Below, piece by piece: positions 8,748 to 18,206 of a DNA stretch of 64,000 nt. A program made the translations under genes and the position numbers. Origin of the DNA: Herminiimonas sp. GTDB lineage: Bacteria > Pseudomonadota > Gammaproteobacteria > Burkholderiales > Burkholderiaceae_D. Position 1 is the stretch's first letter. Every line of letters begins with the position of its first letter. The notes below the pieces were generated by a model that was given only the letters and a program-made list of their open reading frames with translations, searched no databases and had not been told where the DNA came from. The stretch covers positions 314-64,313 of the forward strand of contig JAQGLW010000074.1 of assembly GCA_028292665.1 (NCBI GenBank), read 5' to 3'.

Positions 8748-11006
8748 CTACTGCCTCCTTGCCTCCATCACGCCTTCCACTTCCCGGATTACGGCCAATG
8801 CCTTGAGCAATTGCGCAGTCGAACCGATCTCCGCCGTGAAAGCCATCCGTGCCTGCCCTTTGACGCTTTGGGTGCTGACGCCGATTACATTGATTTTTTC
8901 ACGCAAAAAAATCTCGGAGATGTCGCGCAACAATCCCTGGCGATCGCCCGCAAGGACAAAAATATCGACAGGATAAACGGTTCCCGTATCCGAACCGCCC
9001 CATGCGGTCTGAATCACGCGCTCGGGCGCCTTGATGCGCATCTCGGCAAAGTTTTTGCAGTTTCCGCGGTGAATCGACACGCCTTTGCCGCGCGTGATGA
9101 AGCCGACGATGTCATCGGGCGGCGCAGGTTTGCAACACCGCGCCAGTTGCGTCATCAAACCGTCGGTGCCGACGACCAGTACACCGGATTTTGCGCCTTG
9201 CGCCACGCTGGAAGCACGGCTCTTCCTGGGGACGACCGCGTCGTCCGGATTGATAATCTGTTTTTGTACATCGGCGGCATGCAATGCCTGTTCGACATGG
9301 CGCAGGCTGAATTCGTCCTTGCCGACGGAAAGGAAAAGATCATCGAGTTTCAAAAAACCCAGCTTATGCGCAAGCTCTTCCAGATTGACCGCGGTCTTGC
9401 CCTCACGCTGCAATGTTTTTTCGATCAAGCCGCGGCCGGCCGTCAGCGTTTCCTGCTGTTCGATCGCGTTGAACCATGCACGGATCTTGGAGCGTGTGCG
9501 GGGACTGGCCGCATAATCCGAGCCAAGCCAATCGCGCGAAGGGCCGGCGGCACCTGAAGCGGCAAGGCCGCCTTTGGCGGTGATGATCTCGACCGTCTGG
9601 CCGTTTTTCAGTGCGGTATTGAGCGGCACCATGGCGCCATCCACCCGTGCCCCGCGACAACGGTGACCGACATCGCTGTGCAGGTGATAGGCAAAATCGA
9701 CCGGCGTCGCTCCATTAGGCAGTTCGATCACCCGGGCCTGAGGCGTCAGTACGTAGATGCGATCATCGAGCGCTGCAGATTTGAGTTTTTCCACCCACTC
9801 GCGCCGGCTGTCTTCCTGGCCGACTACCGCATCGACAAGCTCGCTTTTCCACGCGAGCAGTTGCCGCAGCCATGCGATTTTCTCGTCGTATCTTTGTCCT
9901 GCCGAATGCGATCCGCCCGTTTCCTTGTAGCGCCAGTGGGCAGCCACGCCATACTCCGCGAAGTGGTGCATTTCATTGGTGCGTACCTGCACTTCCAGCG
10001 CGCGGCCGTCTTCGGCAACTACCACGGTATGCAGCGATTGGTAGCCGTTTTGCTTGGGGCGCGAAATGTAGTCGTCGAATTCCTCTGGAATCGGCGCCCA
10101 GATGTTGTGGACGATTCCGAGCACCGCATAGCATGTTTTTATGTCGCCCACGATGACGCGAAAAGCGCGAACGTCATACAGTTCCGAAAAGTCGATCGAC
10201 TTGCCCCGCATCTTGCTCCAGATGCTGTATATGTGCTTGGGTCGGCCGAAGACCTCCGCCTTGATGCCGGCTGCGCCGAGCTCGGACCTCAACCGCGCAA
10301 TGGCGGTATTGACGAATCCCTCACGCTCCATGCGCTTTTCTTCGAGCATGCTGGCAATCCGTTTATAGGCTTCCGGCTGGATGAAGCGAAACGATAAATC
10401 TTCGAGCTCCCACTTCAATTGCCACACACCGAGGCGGTTTGCCAGCGGCGCATACAGATCGAATGTTTCGCTTGCATATTGATGGGTTTTGTCGTCTTGC
10501 AGTTTTTGATCCGCGAAATAACGCAACGTCGTCACGCGCGATGCCAGCCGCACCAGCACCACCCTCATGTCAGAAGCCATTGCCAGCAGCATCTTCCGCA
10601 ACGCCTCCACCTGAGCGGCAGCCTGGGATGCATTCTTGCCGCGCGCAGCTTCCTGCTGGCCGAAAGTCTGTTCATGCAGACGCATCAATTGCCGGATCCC
10701 GATTACAAGATCGGCGACCTCCTTTCCGAAACGAGGCTCAATGCTTTCGGCAGCTGCGGCATCAATGACCGGCAGTTCGAACAACAAGGCGGCGATACGC
10801 GTTTCGGCATCGATCTTCAGCGATGCCAGCACCGTCGCCACGCCTTGCGAAAATTCGAATGCGTCCTGTCCCGTTCCCACCGTTCTGCCTGCGTAAAGAG
10901 GCTTGACGAAGGCGAGAGCTGCCATTACCCGCGCACTGTCTTCGGCGGCCAGACCGGCTGACAGCTGAACATGCGTTTCAGTTTGTGCTGCTGCTATCGA
11001 AACCAT
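8748..11006 (-). CDS. relA: GTP pyrophosphokinase, RelA-type (p)ppGpp synthetase
   Basis: 752 aa with the synthetase core (GYQSLHTVV...EVQVRTNEMH) plus TGS and ACT regions. The hydrolase HD dyad is replaced (LLFE instead of LLHD), so this is RelA rather than SpoT. Confidence 0.88.
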   Translation of the reverse strand: MVSIAAAQTETHVQLSAGLAAEDSARVMAALAFVKPLYAGRTVGTGQDAFEFSQGVATVLASLKIDAETRIAALLFELPVIDAAAAESIEPRFGKEVADLVIGIRQLMRLHEQTFGQQEAARGKNASQAAAQVEALRKMLLAMASDMRVVLVRLASRVTTLRYFADQKLQDDKTHQYASETFDLYAPLANRLGVWQLKWELEDLSFRFIQPEAYKRIASMLEEKRMEREGFVNTAIARLRSELGAAGIKAEVFGRPKHIYSIWSKMRGKSIDFSELYDVRAFRVIVGDIKTCYAVLGIVHNIWAPIPEEFDDYISRPKQNGYQSLHTVVVAEDGRALEVQVRTNEMHHFAEYGVAAHWRYKETGGSHSAGQRYDEKIAWLRQLLAWKSELVDAVVGQEDSRREWVEKLKSAALDDRIYVLTPQARVIELPNGATPVDFAYHLHSDVGHRCRGARVDGAMVPLNTALKNGQTVEIITAKGGLAASGAAGPSRDWLGSDYAASPRTRSKIRAWFNAIEQQETLTAGRGLIEKTLQREGKTAVNLEELAHKLGFLKLDDLFLSVGKDEFSLRHVEQALHAADVQKQIINPDDAVVPRKSRASSVAQGAKSGVLVVGTDGLMTQLARCCKPAPPDDIVGFITRGKGVSIHRGNCKNFAEMRIKAPERVIQTAWGGSDTGTVYPVDIFVLAGDRQGLLRDISEIFLREKINVIGVSTQSVKGQARMAFTAEIGSTAQLLKALAVIREVEGVMEARRQ

Positions 11007-11031
11007 AGGCCTTTTATGTCAGGTGATTCTG

Positions 11032-11382
11032 CTATTTTTGCGCCGCGGTCACGATCATTTCGACCAGCCACTCGGGGTTGACGAGCTGCGCCTGAACGGT
11101 AGCGCGCGGCGGAGAATGGCCGTCGGCGACCCATTCGTTCCAGACCGCATTCATGCCGGCAAAATCCTTCACATCCGAAATAAAAATCTGGCACATCAAA
11201 ATGCGGGTCTTGTCGCTGTTCGCTTCAGCCAGCAGGCGATCGATATGGCCCAGAACTTCGCGGGTTTGCCCGTCGATGTTTTGAGTCGCATCTTCGGCAA
11301 TCTGTCCGGCAAGATAGATCGTGCCATTATGAACGGCTATTTCCGAAAGTGTTTTACCAACGTGCAAACGCTTGATATCCAT
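11032..11382 (-). CDS. RidA/YjgF-family protein
   Basis: 116 aa. The size and the C-terminal ...PPRATVQAQLVNPEWLVEMIVTA pattern fit the RidA family. Confidence 0.8.
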   Translation of the reverse strand: MDIKRLHVGKTLSEIAVHNGTIYLAGQIAEDATQNIDGQTREVLGHIDRLLAEANSDKTRILMCQIFISDVKDFAGMNAVWNEWVADGHSPPRATVQAQLVNPEWLVEMIVTAAQK

Positions 11383-11415
11383 GATGTTCCGGCGACGAGA
11401 AATTAAAAATCAGTT

Positions 11416-12282
11416 TTAACCGAGTAAAAATTTTTTTGCAATTGCAATCTGGTCGGCATGCATGAAGGTGGGAGCGTGCCCTATTCCGGCAAACTCGGCG
11501 AGCCCGGGTTTCGGGCCGCGCTGCGTCATCTGTTGCGCCACGTCATGCGTCAGCAGATCGGATTGGGCGCCGCGCACCAGCAAGGTCGGACAAGTGATTG
11601 CATCATAGGCAGCCCACAACATTGTTTCGTTACGCCGGGTGCTTTCGGCGGTTTCCGCCTTGAAAGGGATCGACAAACCCAGATCGTAATGTCGAATCCA
11701 TTGACCGTCTTTATCCTGCCGCAAAACATCCGAGGCGATTTTGTGCCATTCCTCGTCCGTATGCGGGCCGAAGCTTGCCGAAATGGTGTGGATGTAATTT
11801 GCCGCTTCTTCGAAAGTCGGAAACCGTGCCGCCTGACCGATATATTCCCCTATGCGCGACAGCGCCGAAAAGTTCAACACCGGGCCGATATCATTCAGCA
11901 CCAGTTTGCGCACCGGAGTTTTTTCCAGCGAGGCCAAACCCATTCCTATCAGGCCGCCCATCGAAGTGCCGAACCAGTCCACTTTTTCGACGTCAAGCCT
12001 GGCTACCAGCGTCACCATGTCATTCACGTACTGCGGCAACTGGTAATACTGAGGATTACGCAGCCAGTCGGAACGCCCGCGCCCGACGACATCGGGGCAA
12101 ACGACGCGATAGTGCCGACACAGCTCGCGCGCCAGGCTGTCGAAATCGTCCGACACGCGCGTGACGCCATGCACGCACACCAGCACGTTCGGATTGTGCG
12201 GATCGCCCCACTCCTTGTATGCCATCGCATGCAGACCGGCTGGAGAAAGGCATTGAACGGTTTTGATCCGGAGCTCTGTCAT
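11416..12282 (-). CDS. alpha/beta-fold hydrolase
   Basis: 288 aa with an HG oxyanion motif (VCVHGV), a nucleophile elbow (GTSMGG) and a C-terminal GHAP. It is divergent from bdhA. Confidence 0.8.
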   Translation of the reverse strand: MTELRIKTVQCLSPAGLHAMAYKEWGDPHNPNVLVCVHGVTRVSDDFDSLARELCRHYRVVCPDVVGRGRSDWLRNPQYYQLPQYVNDMVTLVARLDVEKVDWFGTSMGGLIGMGLASLEKTPVRKLVLNDIGPVLNFSALSRIGEYIGQAARFPTFEEAANYIHTISASFGPHTDEEWHKIASDVLRQDKDGQWIRHYDLGLSIPFKAETAESTRRNETMLWAAYDAITCPTLLVRGAQSDLLTHDVAQQMTQRGPKPGLAEFAGIGHAPTFMHADQIAIAKKFLLG

Positions 12283-12389
12283 TTTGTATGCAGTAAACTA
12301 GTCGATAGATTCGACATTTTACTGTCCGTTACGCTTAAAATCCTGTTAACTTCATCGCCATTCACAAATTCTTGCGCACAAAGGACATC

Positions 12390-13184
12390 ATGCAAAGTAC
12401 TACGCTCAAAGGAAAGACTGCACTGATTACCGGTTCCACCTCGGGCATTGGGCTTGGAATAGCGAAGGCGCTCGCGGCACAAGGCGCTCATATTGTGTTC
12501 AACGGTTTTGGCGATGCCCGGGAAATTGCAAGGCTGCAGGCCGATGTTGCACGGGAATACGATGTCAAGACGATTTATCACAATGCGGACATGTCGAAAC
12601 CGGCCGAGATCGAAGCGATGATGCGCGCCGCTGCCGACCATCTGGGCGGAGTCGATATCCTGGTCAACAATGCCGGCATTCAGCATGTCGCCAACGTAGA
12701 AGACTTTCCTGTCGAGAAGTGGGATGCGATCATCGCGATCAATCTGACCTCGGCATTTCACACTACACGCCTTGCCTTGCCGCAAATGAAAACCAGAAAC
12801 TGGGGACGCATCATCAATATCGCATCAGCCCATGGATTGGTGGGCTCTGCGCAAAAATCAGCTTACGTTGCGGCCAAGCACGGCATCGTCGGCTTTACCA
12901 AAGTCACCGCATTGGAAACTGCGCAATCCGGCATTACCTGCAATGCGATCTGTCCCGGGTGGGTCTTGACGCCGCTGGTGCAGAAACAGGTCGATGCGCG
13001 CGCCGCCCAAGGCGGAATTTCGAATGAAGAGGCAAAAAAAGGCCTGCTTGCGGAGAAACAACCGTCGGGCGAATTCGTCACACCGGAACAATTGGGTGCG
13101 CTTGCTGTCTTTCTTTGCAGCGCTGCCGCGAACCAGGTACGCGGCGCCGCATGGAATATGGATGGGGGCTGGGTGGCTCAATGA
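12390..13184 (+). CDS. bdhA: D-3-hydroxybutyrate dehydrogenase (SDR)
   Basis: MQSTTLKGKTALITGSTSGIGLGIA...YVAAKHG...GGWVAQ. ATG at 12390 is preceded by AAGGA. The track ORF starts at a TTG (12372). Confidence 0.88.
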   Translation: MQSTTLKGKTALITGSTSGIGLGIAKALAAQGAHIVFNGFGDAREIARLQADVAREYDVKTIYHNADMSKPAEIEAMMRAAADHLGGVDILVNNAGIQHVANVEDFPVEKWDAIIAINLTSAFHTTRLALPQMKTRNWGRIINIASAHGLVGSAQKSAYVAAKHGIVGFTKVTALETAQSGITCNAICPGWVLTPLVQKQVDARAAQGGISNEEAKKGLLAEKQPSGEFVTPEQLGALAVFLCSAAANQVRGAAWNMDGGWVAQ

Positions 13185-13258
13185 CAATCCGAATCATCTG
13201 CTCCGATCCTTTTATATCCGATCAAGCCATCGTTGCCGTGATCAATCGGAAAGAGCGG

Positions 13259-14707
13259 ATGAATCAGTCGCGTAAAAGGCGTTCCAGCCCGGCGCATCCA
13301 AAAGCCGGTCTCCGCATCGGCCGGCTGGCCTTCATCGCCGCGATGGGCATGGCTGCATTCATTCAGCCCTGGAGCGAATGTGGCGCAAGCGCTTCGGCAA
13401 CGACCGTCGCAGCCGCCGGCATCGCATCTTCTGCATCGTCATCCGAACCGTCCGGCAATTCCTTGCCCGTTGCAAGCCGCAGTGTTCGTGTCGCCGTTCC
13501 GGACGGCATGAATACCAGCCCTTTCGATGTGCCTCGCATGCTCGCCGTGCCTCAGGGATTTGCAATTGCGGTATTCGCGCGAGTGGACAATGCGCGCTTC
13601 ATGGCTGTCGCACCGAACGGCGATTTGATGGTATCGAATCCCGAGGCCGGCAAAGTGATTCTGCTGCGCGCAAACGGCAAGGCTGCGCCTCGGCAGTTTG
13701 ACTTTGCATCAGGCTTGCAAAGACCGCATGACATCGTATTCCATACGTCAGGAAAAGCCACCTACATTTATATCGCTGAATCAAACCGCATCATCCGTGC
13801 GCCGTACACCCCGGGCCAAACCGGCATCGGCGCCGTGCAAACAGTGGTCGCCAACCTGCCCGATGCATCGAGCAAGGAGCTCAAGGGCCATTATGGCCAT
13901 CAGTTGAAGAACATCGCGCTCAACGGCAACAAGCTCTATGTATCGATTGCGTCAACCTGCAACGCGTGCGAATCGGATACGGTCTCGGACCCGATCCGCA
14001 GTGCGATCTACGAATACGATGCCGACGGAAAAAACCGGCGCCTGTATGCGCAGGGTTTGCGCAATGCCGAAGGAATCAGGTTCAAGCCCGGCACCAACGA
14101 ACTATGGGCCGTCGTCAATAGCCGGGACAATATCGCCTATCCATATCATAAGGACTGGAATGGCGACGGCAGCGACGATTTCGGTAAAGTGATGCAAAGC
14201 TATGTCGACGGTCATCCGCCGGATCTGCTGGTCAAGGTGAAAGACGGCGGTCGCTACGGCTGGCCGTTTTGCAATTCCAATCCGGATGCAGGGCTCGACA
14301 ACATGCCGTACGACCGCGATGCGCAACTGAATCCGGACGGCAGCATGCTTGATTGCGACAAGATCGATCGCGTCGCAAAAGGCATCCCGGCACATTCTGC
14401 GGCGCTCGGAATGAGCTTTCTGCAGAACTCGGGCTTTCCTGAAATGTATCGCAACGCGCTGGTCACTGCGCTGCACGGTTGCTGGAATTGCAGCTCGTTG
14501 AACGGCCACAAAATCGCGCTCTATCCCTTCAAGGCGGATGGCGGCGTAGGCGATGAAGTCGACCTGGTGACAGGCTGGGTCACCGATGCCAAGGCGAAAA
14601 AGCGCTGGGGCCGCCCGGTCGATGCGGTGCCGGACGGCAAAGGAGGACTATATATTTCGGATGACGATTCGGGGACGATTTATTTGCTTGCAAGTCCCTC
14701 TAAATAA
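13259..14707 (+). CDS. secreted PQQ-dependent sugar/sorbosone dehydrogenase-like beta-propeller protein
   Basis: Signal-like N-terminus MNQSRKRRSS...LAFIAAMGMAAF. Motifs RPHDIVF, NAEGIRFKPGTNELWAVVNSRD, GWPFCN and GRPVDAVPDGKGGLYISDD are present. The start is uncertain (13115, 13181 or 13259). Confidence 0.7.
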   Translation: MNQSRKRRSSPAHPKAGLRIGRLAFIAAMGMAAFIQPWSECGASASATTVAAAGIASSASSSEPSGNSLPVASRSVRVAVPDGMNTSPFDVPRMLAVPQGFAIAVFARVDNARFMAVAPNGDLMVSNPEAGKVILLRANGKAAPRQFDFASGLQRPHDIVFHTSGKATYIYIAESNRIIRAPYTPGQTGIGAVQTVVANLPDASSKELKGHYGHQLKNIALNGNKLYVSIASTCNACESDTVSDPIRSAIYEYDADGKNRRLYAQGLRNAEGIRFKPGTNELWAVVNSRDNIAYPYHKDWNGDGSDDFGKVMQSYVDGHPPDLLVKVKDGGRYGWPFCNSNPDAGLDNMPYDRDAQLNPDGSMLDCDKIDRVAKGIPAHSAALGMSFLQNSGFPEMYRNALVTALHGCWNCSSLNGHKIALYPFKADGGVGDEVDLVTGWVTDAKAKKRWGRPVDAVPDGKGGLYISDDDSGTIYLLASPSK

Positions 14708-14711
14708 AAAC

Positions 14712-14737
14712 CGATGCCGATTTCGCAGCATCGTTTT
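14712..14737. terminator. hairpin terminator between convergent genes
   Basis: CGATGC-cgatttcgca-GCATCG followed by TTTTT, with AAAAA upstream. It lies between the dehydrogenase (+) and scoB (-). Confidence 0.5.
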
Positions 14738-14755
14738 TCGTGAACGATGAATGGA

Positions 14756-15409
14756 TCAGTGAATCGCGCTTGTATCGAGTTCCGCGCCGGTCTTTTCGAT
14801 CACTTCCTGTTGCGTTACGCCGGGGGCCAATTCAACCAGCTTCAAACCGGACTCGGCGACATCGATCACACCGAGGTCGGTGATGATCCGATTGACGACG
14901 CCGACGCCGGTAAGCGGCAAATCGCATTTCTTTAAAATCTTGTGCGAGGTCGAACCATCCTTGGCTTTGGCGACGTGCTCCATCAATACCACGACACGCT
15001 TTACGCCGGCAACCAGATCCATTGCGCCGCCCATTCCCTTGACCATCTTGCCGGGAATCATCCAGTTGGCAAGATCGCCGTTTTCGGATACCTGCATGGC
15101 GCCGAGAATCGCGATGTTGATCTTCCCGCCGCGAATCATCGCAAATGAATCGGCCGAGCTGAAATAGGACGCTCCGGGCAAAGCCGTCACCGTCTGCTTG
15201 CCGGCATTGATGAGGTCAGGGTCGATTTCTTCTTCGGTCGGAAACGGGCCGATGCCCAGCAAGCCGTTTTCCGATTGGAGCCAGACTTCAATATCTCCGG
15301 GTACATAATTGGCGACCATCGTCGGCAGGCCGATACCCAGGTTCACATAGAAACCGTCCTGCAATTCTTTTGCCGCACGCGCGGCCATTTCTTCACGAGT
15401 CCATGCCAT
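14756..15409 (-). CDS. scoB: 3-oxoacid CoA-transferase subunit B
   Basis: 217 aa, [30 protein letters not shown]...SENGLLG is canonical for the B subunit. Confidence 0.93.
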   Translation of the reverse strand: MAWTREEMAARAAKELQDGFYVNLGIGLPTMVANYVPGDIEVWLQSENGLLGIGPFPTEEEIDPDLINAGKQTVTALPGASYFSSADSFAMIRGGKINIAILGAMQVSENGDLANWMIPGKMVKGMGGAMDLVAGVKRVVVLMEHVAKAKDGSTSHKILKKCDLPLTGVGVVNRIITDLGVIDVAESGLKLVELAPGVTQQEVIEKTGAELDTSAIH

Positions 15410-15423
15410 GTCAATTCTCCGCT

Positions 15424-16122
15424 CTACTTTGCTCGAATGGTGCGTTGTTCGATCCGTTTTTCCGGTGTCGCATTAAGTACGATGCGGTGCACGAAAATAC
15501 TGGGAGTATGCACATCGTCCGGATCGATTTCGCCGACTTCGACCAGCTTCTCGACTTCGACAACGGTAATTTTTCCGGCCATCGCGACATTCGGGTTGAA
15601 GTTGCGCGCAGTCTTGCGGTACACCAGGTTCCCGGCCTTGTCGGCCATGTACGCCTTGACCAGCGCTATGTCTGCAACCAGCGAGCGTTCCATTACGTAT
15701 TCCTCGCCGTCGAATTCGCGGACCTCCTTGCCCTCGGCGACGATGGTGCCGACACCCGTTTTCGTGAAGAACGCGGGAATGCCTGCGCCGCCGGCCCGCA
15801 GTTTTTCCGCGAGCGTACCTTGCGGCGTGAATTCCAGCTGGAGCTCGCCCGCCAGATATTGGCGTTCGAATTCCTTGTTCTCACCGACATACGATGCAAT
15901 CATTTTCTTGATCTGGCGCGTCGTCAGCAATTGTCCAAGGCCGAAACCGTCGACACCGGCATTATTCGAAATCGCGGTCAGATTCTGCACTCCCGAATCG
16001 CGCAAGGCTGCAATCAGCGCTTCCGGAATACCGCATAAGCCAAAGCCGCCGACGGCGATCGTCTGCCCATCCTTGACAATACCGGACAGGGCAGCGGCGG
16101 CATCAGGATAAACTTTCTTCAT
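15424..16122 (-). CDS. scoA: 3-oxoacid CoA-transferase subunit A
   Basis: The internal ATG gives [34 protein letters not shown]... (232 aa). The longer track ORF (to 16215) adds a non-conserved extension. Confidence 0.93.
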   Translation of the reverse strand: MKKVYPDAAAALSGIVKDGQTIAVGGFGLCGIPEALIAALRDSGVQNLTAISNNAGVDGFGLGQLLTTRQIKKMIASYVGENKEFERQYLAGELQLEFTPQGTLAEKLRAGGAGIPAFFTKTGVGTIVAEGKEVREFDGEEYVMERSLVADIALVKAYMADKAGNLVYRKTARNFNPNVAMAGKITVVEVEKLVEVGEIDPDDVHTPSIFVHRIVLNATPEKRIEQRTIRAK

Positions 16123-16263
16123 ACCAACCCTTTTCTTTATGTAGAGTAGACCCGACCATGGATACGGCTTTTGTTTACCATACCTGCCAGCATATGATGC
16201 TGCATTGGACAACACAATACCGTAGAAGTACCAATTTTAATTCATAAAAAGGCGTGCCACTTC

Positions 16264-16857
16264 ATGAGCGCATTCCAGCCGATTGATTACGAGACGATTT
16301 TCATGCATGCGCCGATCGGCATGTGCATTTCCCAGCACCGCATTATTCAGGCCTGCAATCAGGCATTGGGCGACATGTTCGGATATGAATGCAATGCCTT
16401 GCTGGGACAATCCTTTTCGGTGCTTTATCCGACACCGGATGAATTCGAGCGTACCGGCGCGCGGATTGTGCCGATAATGAATGCCAAAGGTCACTATTCG
16501 GACGAAAGAATCATGAAACGCGCCAGCCAGGAGCTGTTCTGGTGCCATGTAACCGGCGGCTCGCTGGTAAAAAACGATCCGCACGCGGCCGGCATCTGGA
16601 CCTTCGAGGATTTAAGCTCTAAAAGACCGGTTACAGCGGAATTGACGCCGCGTGAGCGGGAAATCGCTGCCCTGCTGGTCGAAGGAAAAACCAGCAAGTT
16701 GATCGCGCGCCAGATCGGACTGAGTCCGCGCACGGTGGAGATGCACCGCGCCAAGCTGATGCGCAAGTTCGCCGCCGCGACGTCAAGCGAACTGGTACAT
16801 CGGCTGTTGGGAGAGGCGCTCCACCCTCTCGGCGCAATAAACACGGCAGCCTCTTAG
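16264..16857 (+). CDS. PAS-domain LuxR-family transcriptional regulator
   Basis: 197 aa with an N-terminal PAS-like region and a C-terminal LuxR HTH (LTPREREIAALLVEGKTSKLIARQIGLSPRTVEMHRAKLMRKF). It is divergent from scoAB. Confidence 0.85.
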   Translation: MSAFQPIDYETIFMHAPIGMCISQHRIIQACNQALGDMFGYECNALLGQSFSVLYPTPDEFERTGARIVPIMNAKGHYSDERIMKRASQELFWCHVTGGSLVKNDPHAAGIWTFEDLSSKRPVTAELTPREREIAALLVEGKTSKLIARQIGLSPRTVEMHRAKLMRKFAAATSSELVHRLLGEALHPLGAINTAAS

Positions 16858-17018
16858 AGCGGTTTTCGTATCAGTGTGAGGGTGATGGGGGTTGGTTTGG
16901 GGTGCAGGGCAAGGCGCGAGGAGCGCAGTGTGGCCAGCCACACAAGCAACGAACAACGCCGCCATGCGCTCCAAAGCGGCCCCCAGCGCCCTCACACTGA
17001 TACGAAAACCGCTCTAAG
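16853..17018. repeat. 166-nt imperfect palindrome (MITE/ERIC-like element or giant 3'-UTR hairpin)
   Basis: Perfect 30-bp terminal inverted repeats: cttagagcggttttcgtatcagtgtgaggg (16853-16882) and its complement (16989-17018). The arms continue to pair for about 28 nt. The apex hairpin gtgtggc/gccacac is centred at 16935.5. Confidence 0.75.
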
Positions 17019-17152
17019 CTGTTCCCCAAGGCGATGTCATGCCCGGCATGGATGAGCCGTCTGCCGCTCGCGGATCGGTAAAGAGAAATATCGAGCCGCT
17101 CCAATATTGAAAAACAGCGATGAGCGCTGCTTCGCAATATTGGATGGCAAAC

Positions 17153-17929
17153 TCAGGAAACGCTCATCCCGTCGTCTGCAGTAACGATCGCACCATTCAT
17201 GAAGTGCGACTCTTCACCTGCGAGCAACAGCAGCAAACCATCCAGGTCTTCCGGCCTGCCGATTCGCTTGCGCGGCAACATGTTGATCAATTGCTGTCCC
17301 CGCTCGCTGTTGAAATGCTCGGCGTTGATTTCGGTACCGATATAACCGGGGCAGATTGCATTCACATTGATACCGTACCTGCCCCATTCGACCGCCATCG
17401 ATTTTGTCATGTGCACCACCGCTGCCTTGCTCATGCAGTAAATTCCGATTTGAGGCAATACCTTCAAGCCCGCAACCGATGCGATATTGATGATGCGGTG
17501 CTGCTTTGTCGGATCGCCTTTGGCGCGGGTGATCATCCGTTTGGCGGTTTCCTGCGCGACAAAAAATGCGCCGCGCTGGTTGGTATCCATGACGTATGCG
17601 TAATCTTCGGGCGTCACATCCACCAGCCGCTGGGTAGTCGACACGCCGGAATTATTGACCAGGATATCGATCGCGCCCGCCTCGGTTTCCGCATGCGCAA
17701 TGGCTGATTTGATGCTGGCATAATCGGTCACATCCAGTGCCACGACATGCGCCGCGCCGCCGCCGGATTCGATCTCGGCACGCAATTCCTTCAGCCGCTC
17801 CACACGGCGCGAAGCCAGCACAACTTGTGCGCCCGCCTTTGCCAGGACTTTGGCAAAGCGTGCGCCCAAACCGCTGGAAGCGCCGGTAATCAGCGCGGTC
17901 TTGCCTTCAAAATTGACTTCAATACCCAC
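17153..17929 (-). CDS. SDR-family oxidoreductase
   Basis: 258 aa with TGASSGLG and YCMSK motifs. It has a GTG start preceded by AGGAGAAG. Confidence 0.9.
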   Translation of the reverse strand: MGIEVNFEGKTALITGASSGLGARFAKVLAKAGAQVVLASRRVERLKELRAEIESGGGAAHVVALDVTDYASIKSAIAHAETEAGAIDILVNNSGVSTTQRLVDVTPEDYAYVMDTNQRGAFFVAQETAKRMITRAKGDPTKQHRIINIASVAGLKVLPQIGIYCMSKAAVVHMTKSMAVEWGRYGINVNAICPGYIGTEINAEHFNSERGQQLINMLPRKRIGRPEDLDGLLLLLAGEESHFMNGAIVTADDGMSVS

Positions 17930-18206
17930 GAACTTCTCCTCTTATTGTCTTGCGATTGACACTGCGGCAGTCTCTGAGACGTTATGATTACGTGAAAGAG
18001 TTTAGATTAAAGTGCAATGTCTGGCATTCCGGCTCAAAATCCCTGACAATTAGCACACTCGTTCGAATCAGTCCGGCACGATCAAGTCTTCATCCAATCG
18101 TGTCGTGTCCTGTTCTCGCCCTCTCCTTCGGGAGGAGAAGTGCGGGAGATGCGGCTCCATAGTTATTCATGCCGCATCGATAATTACACATTTACGGTGA
18201 TAAGAC

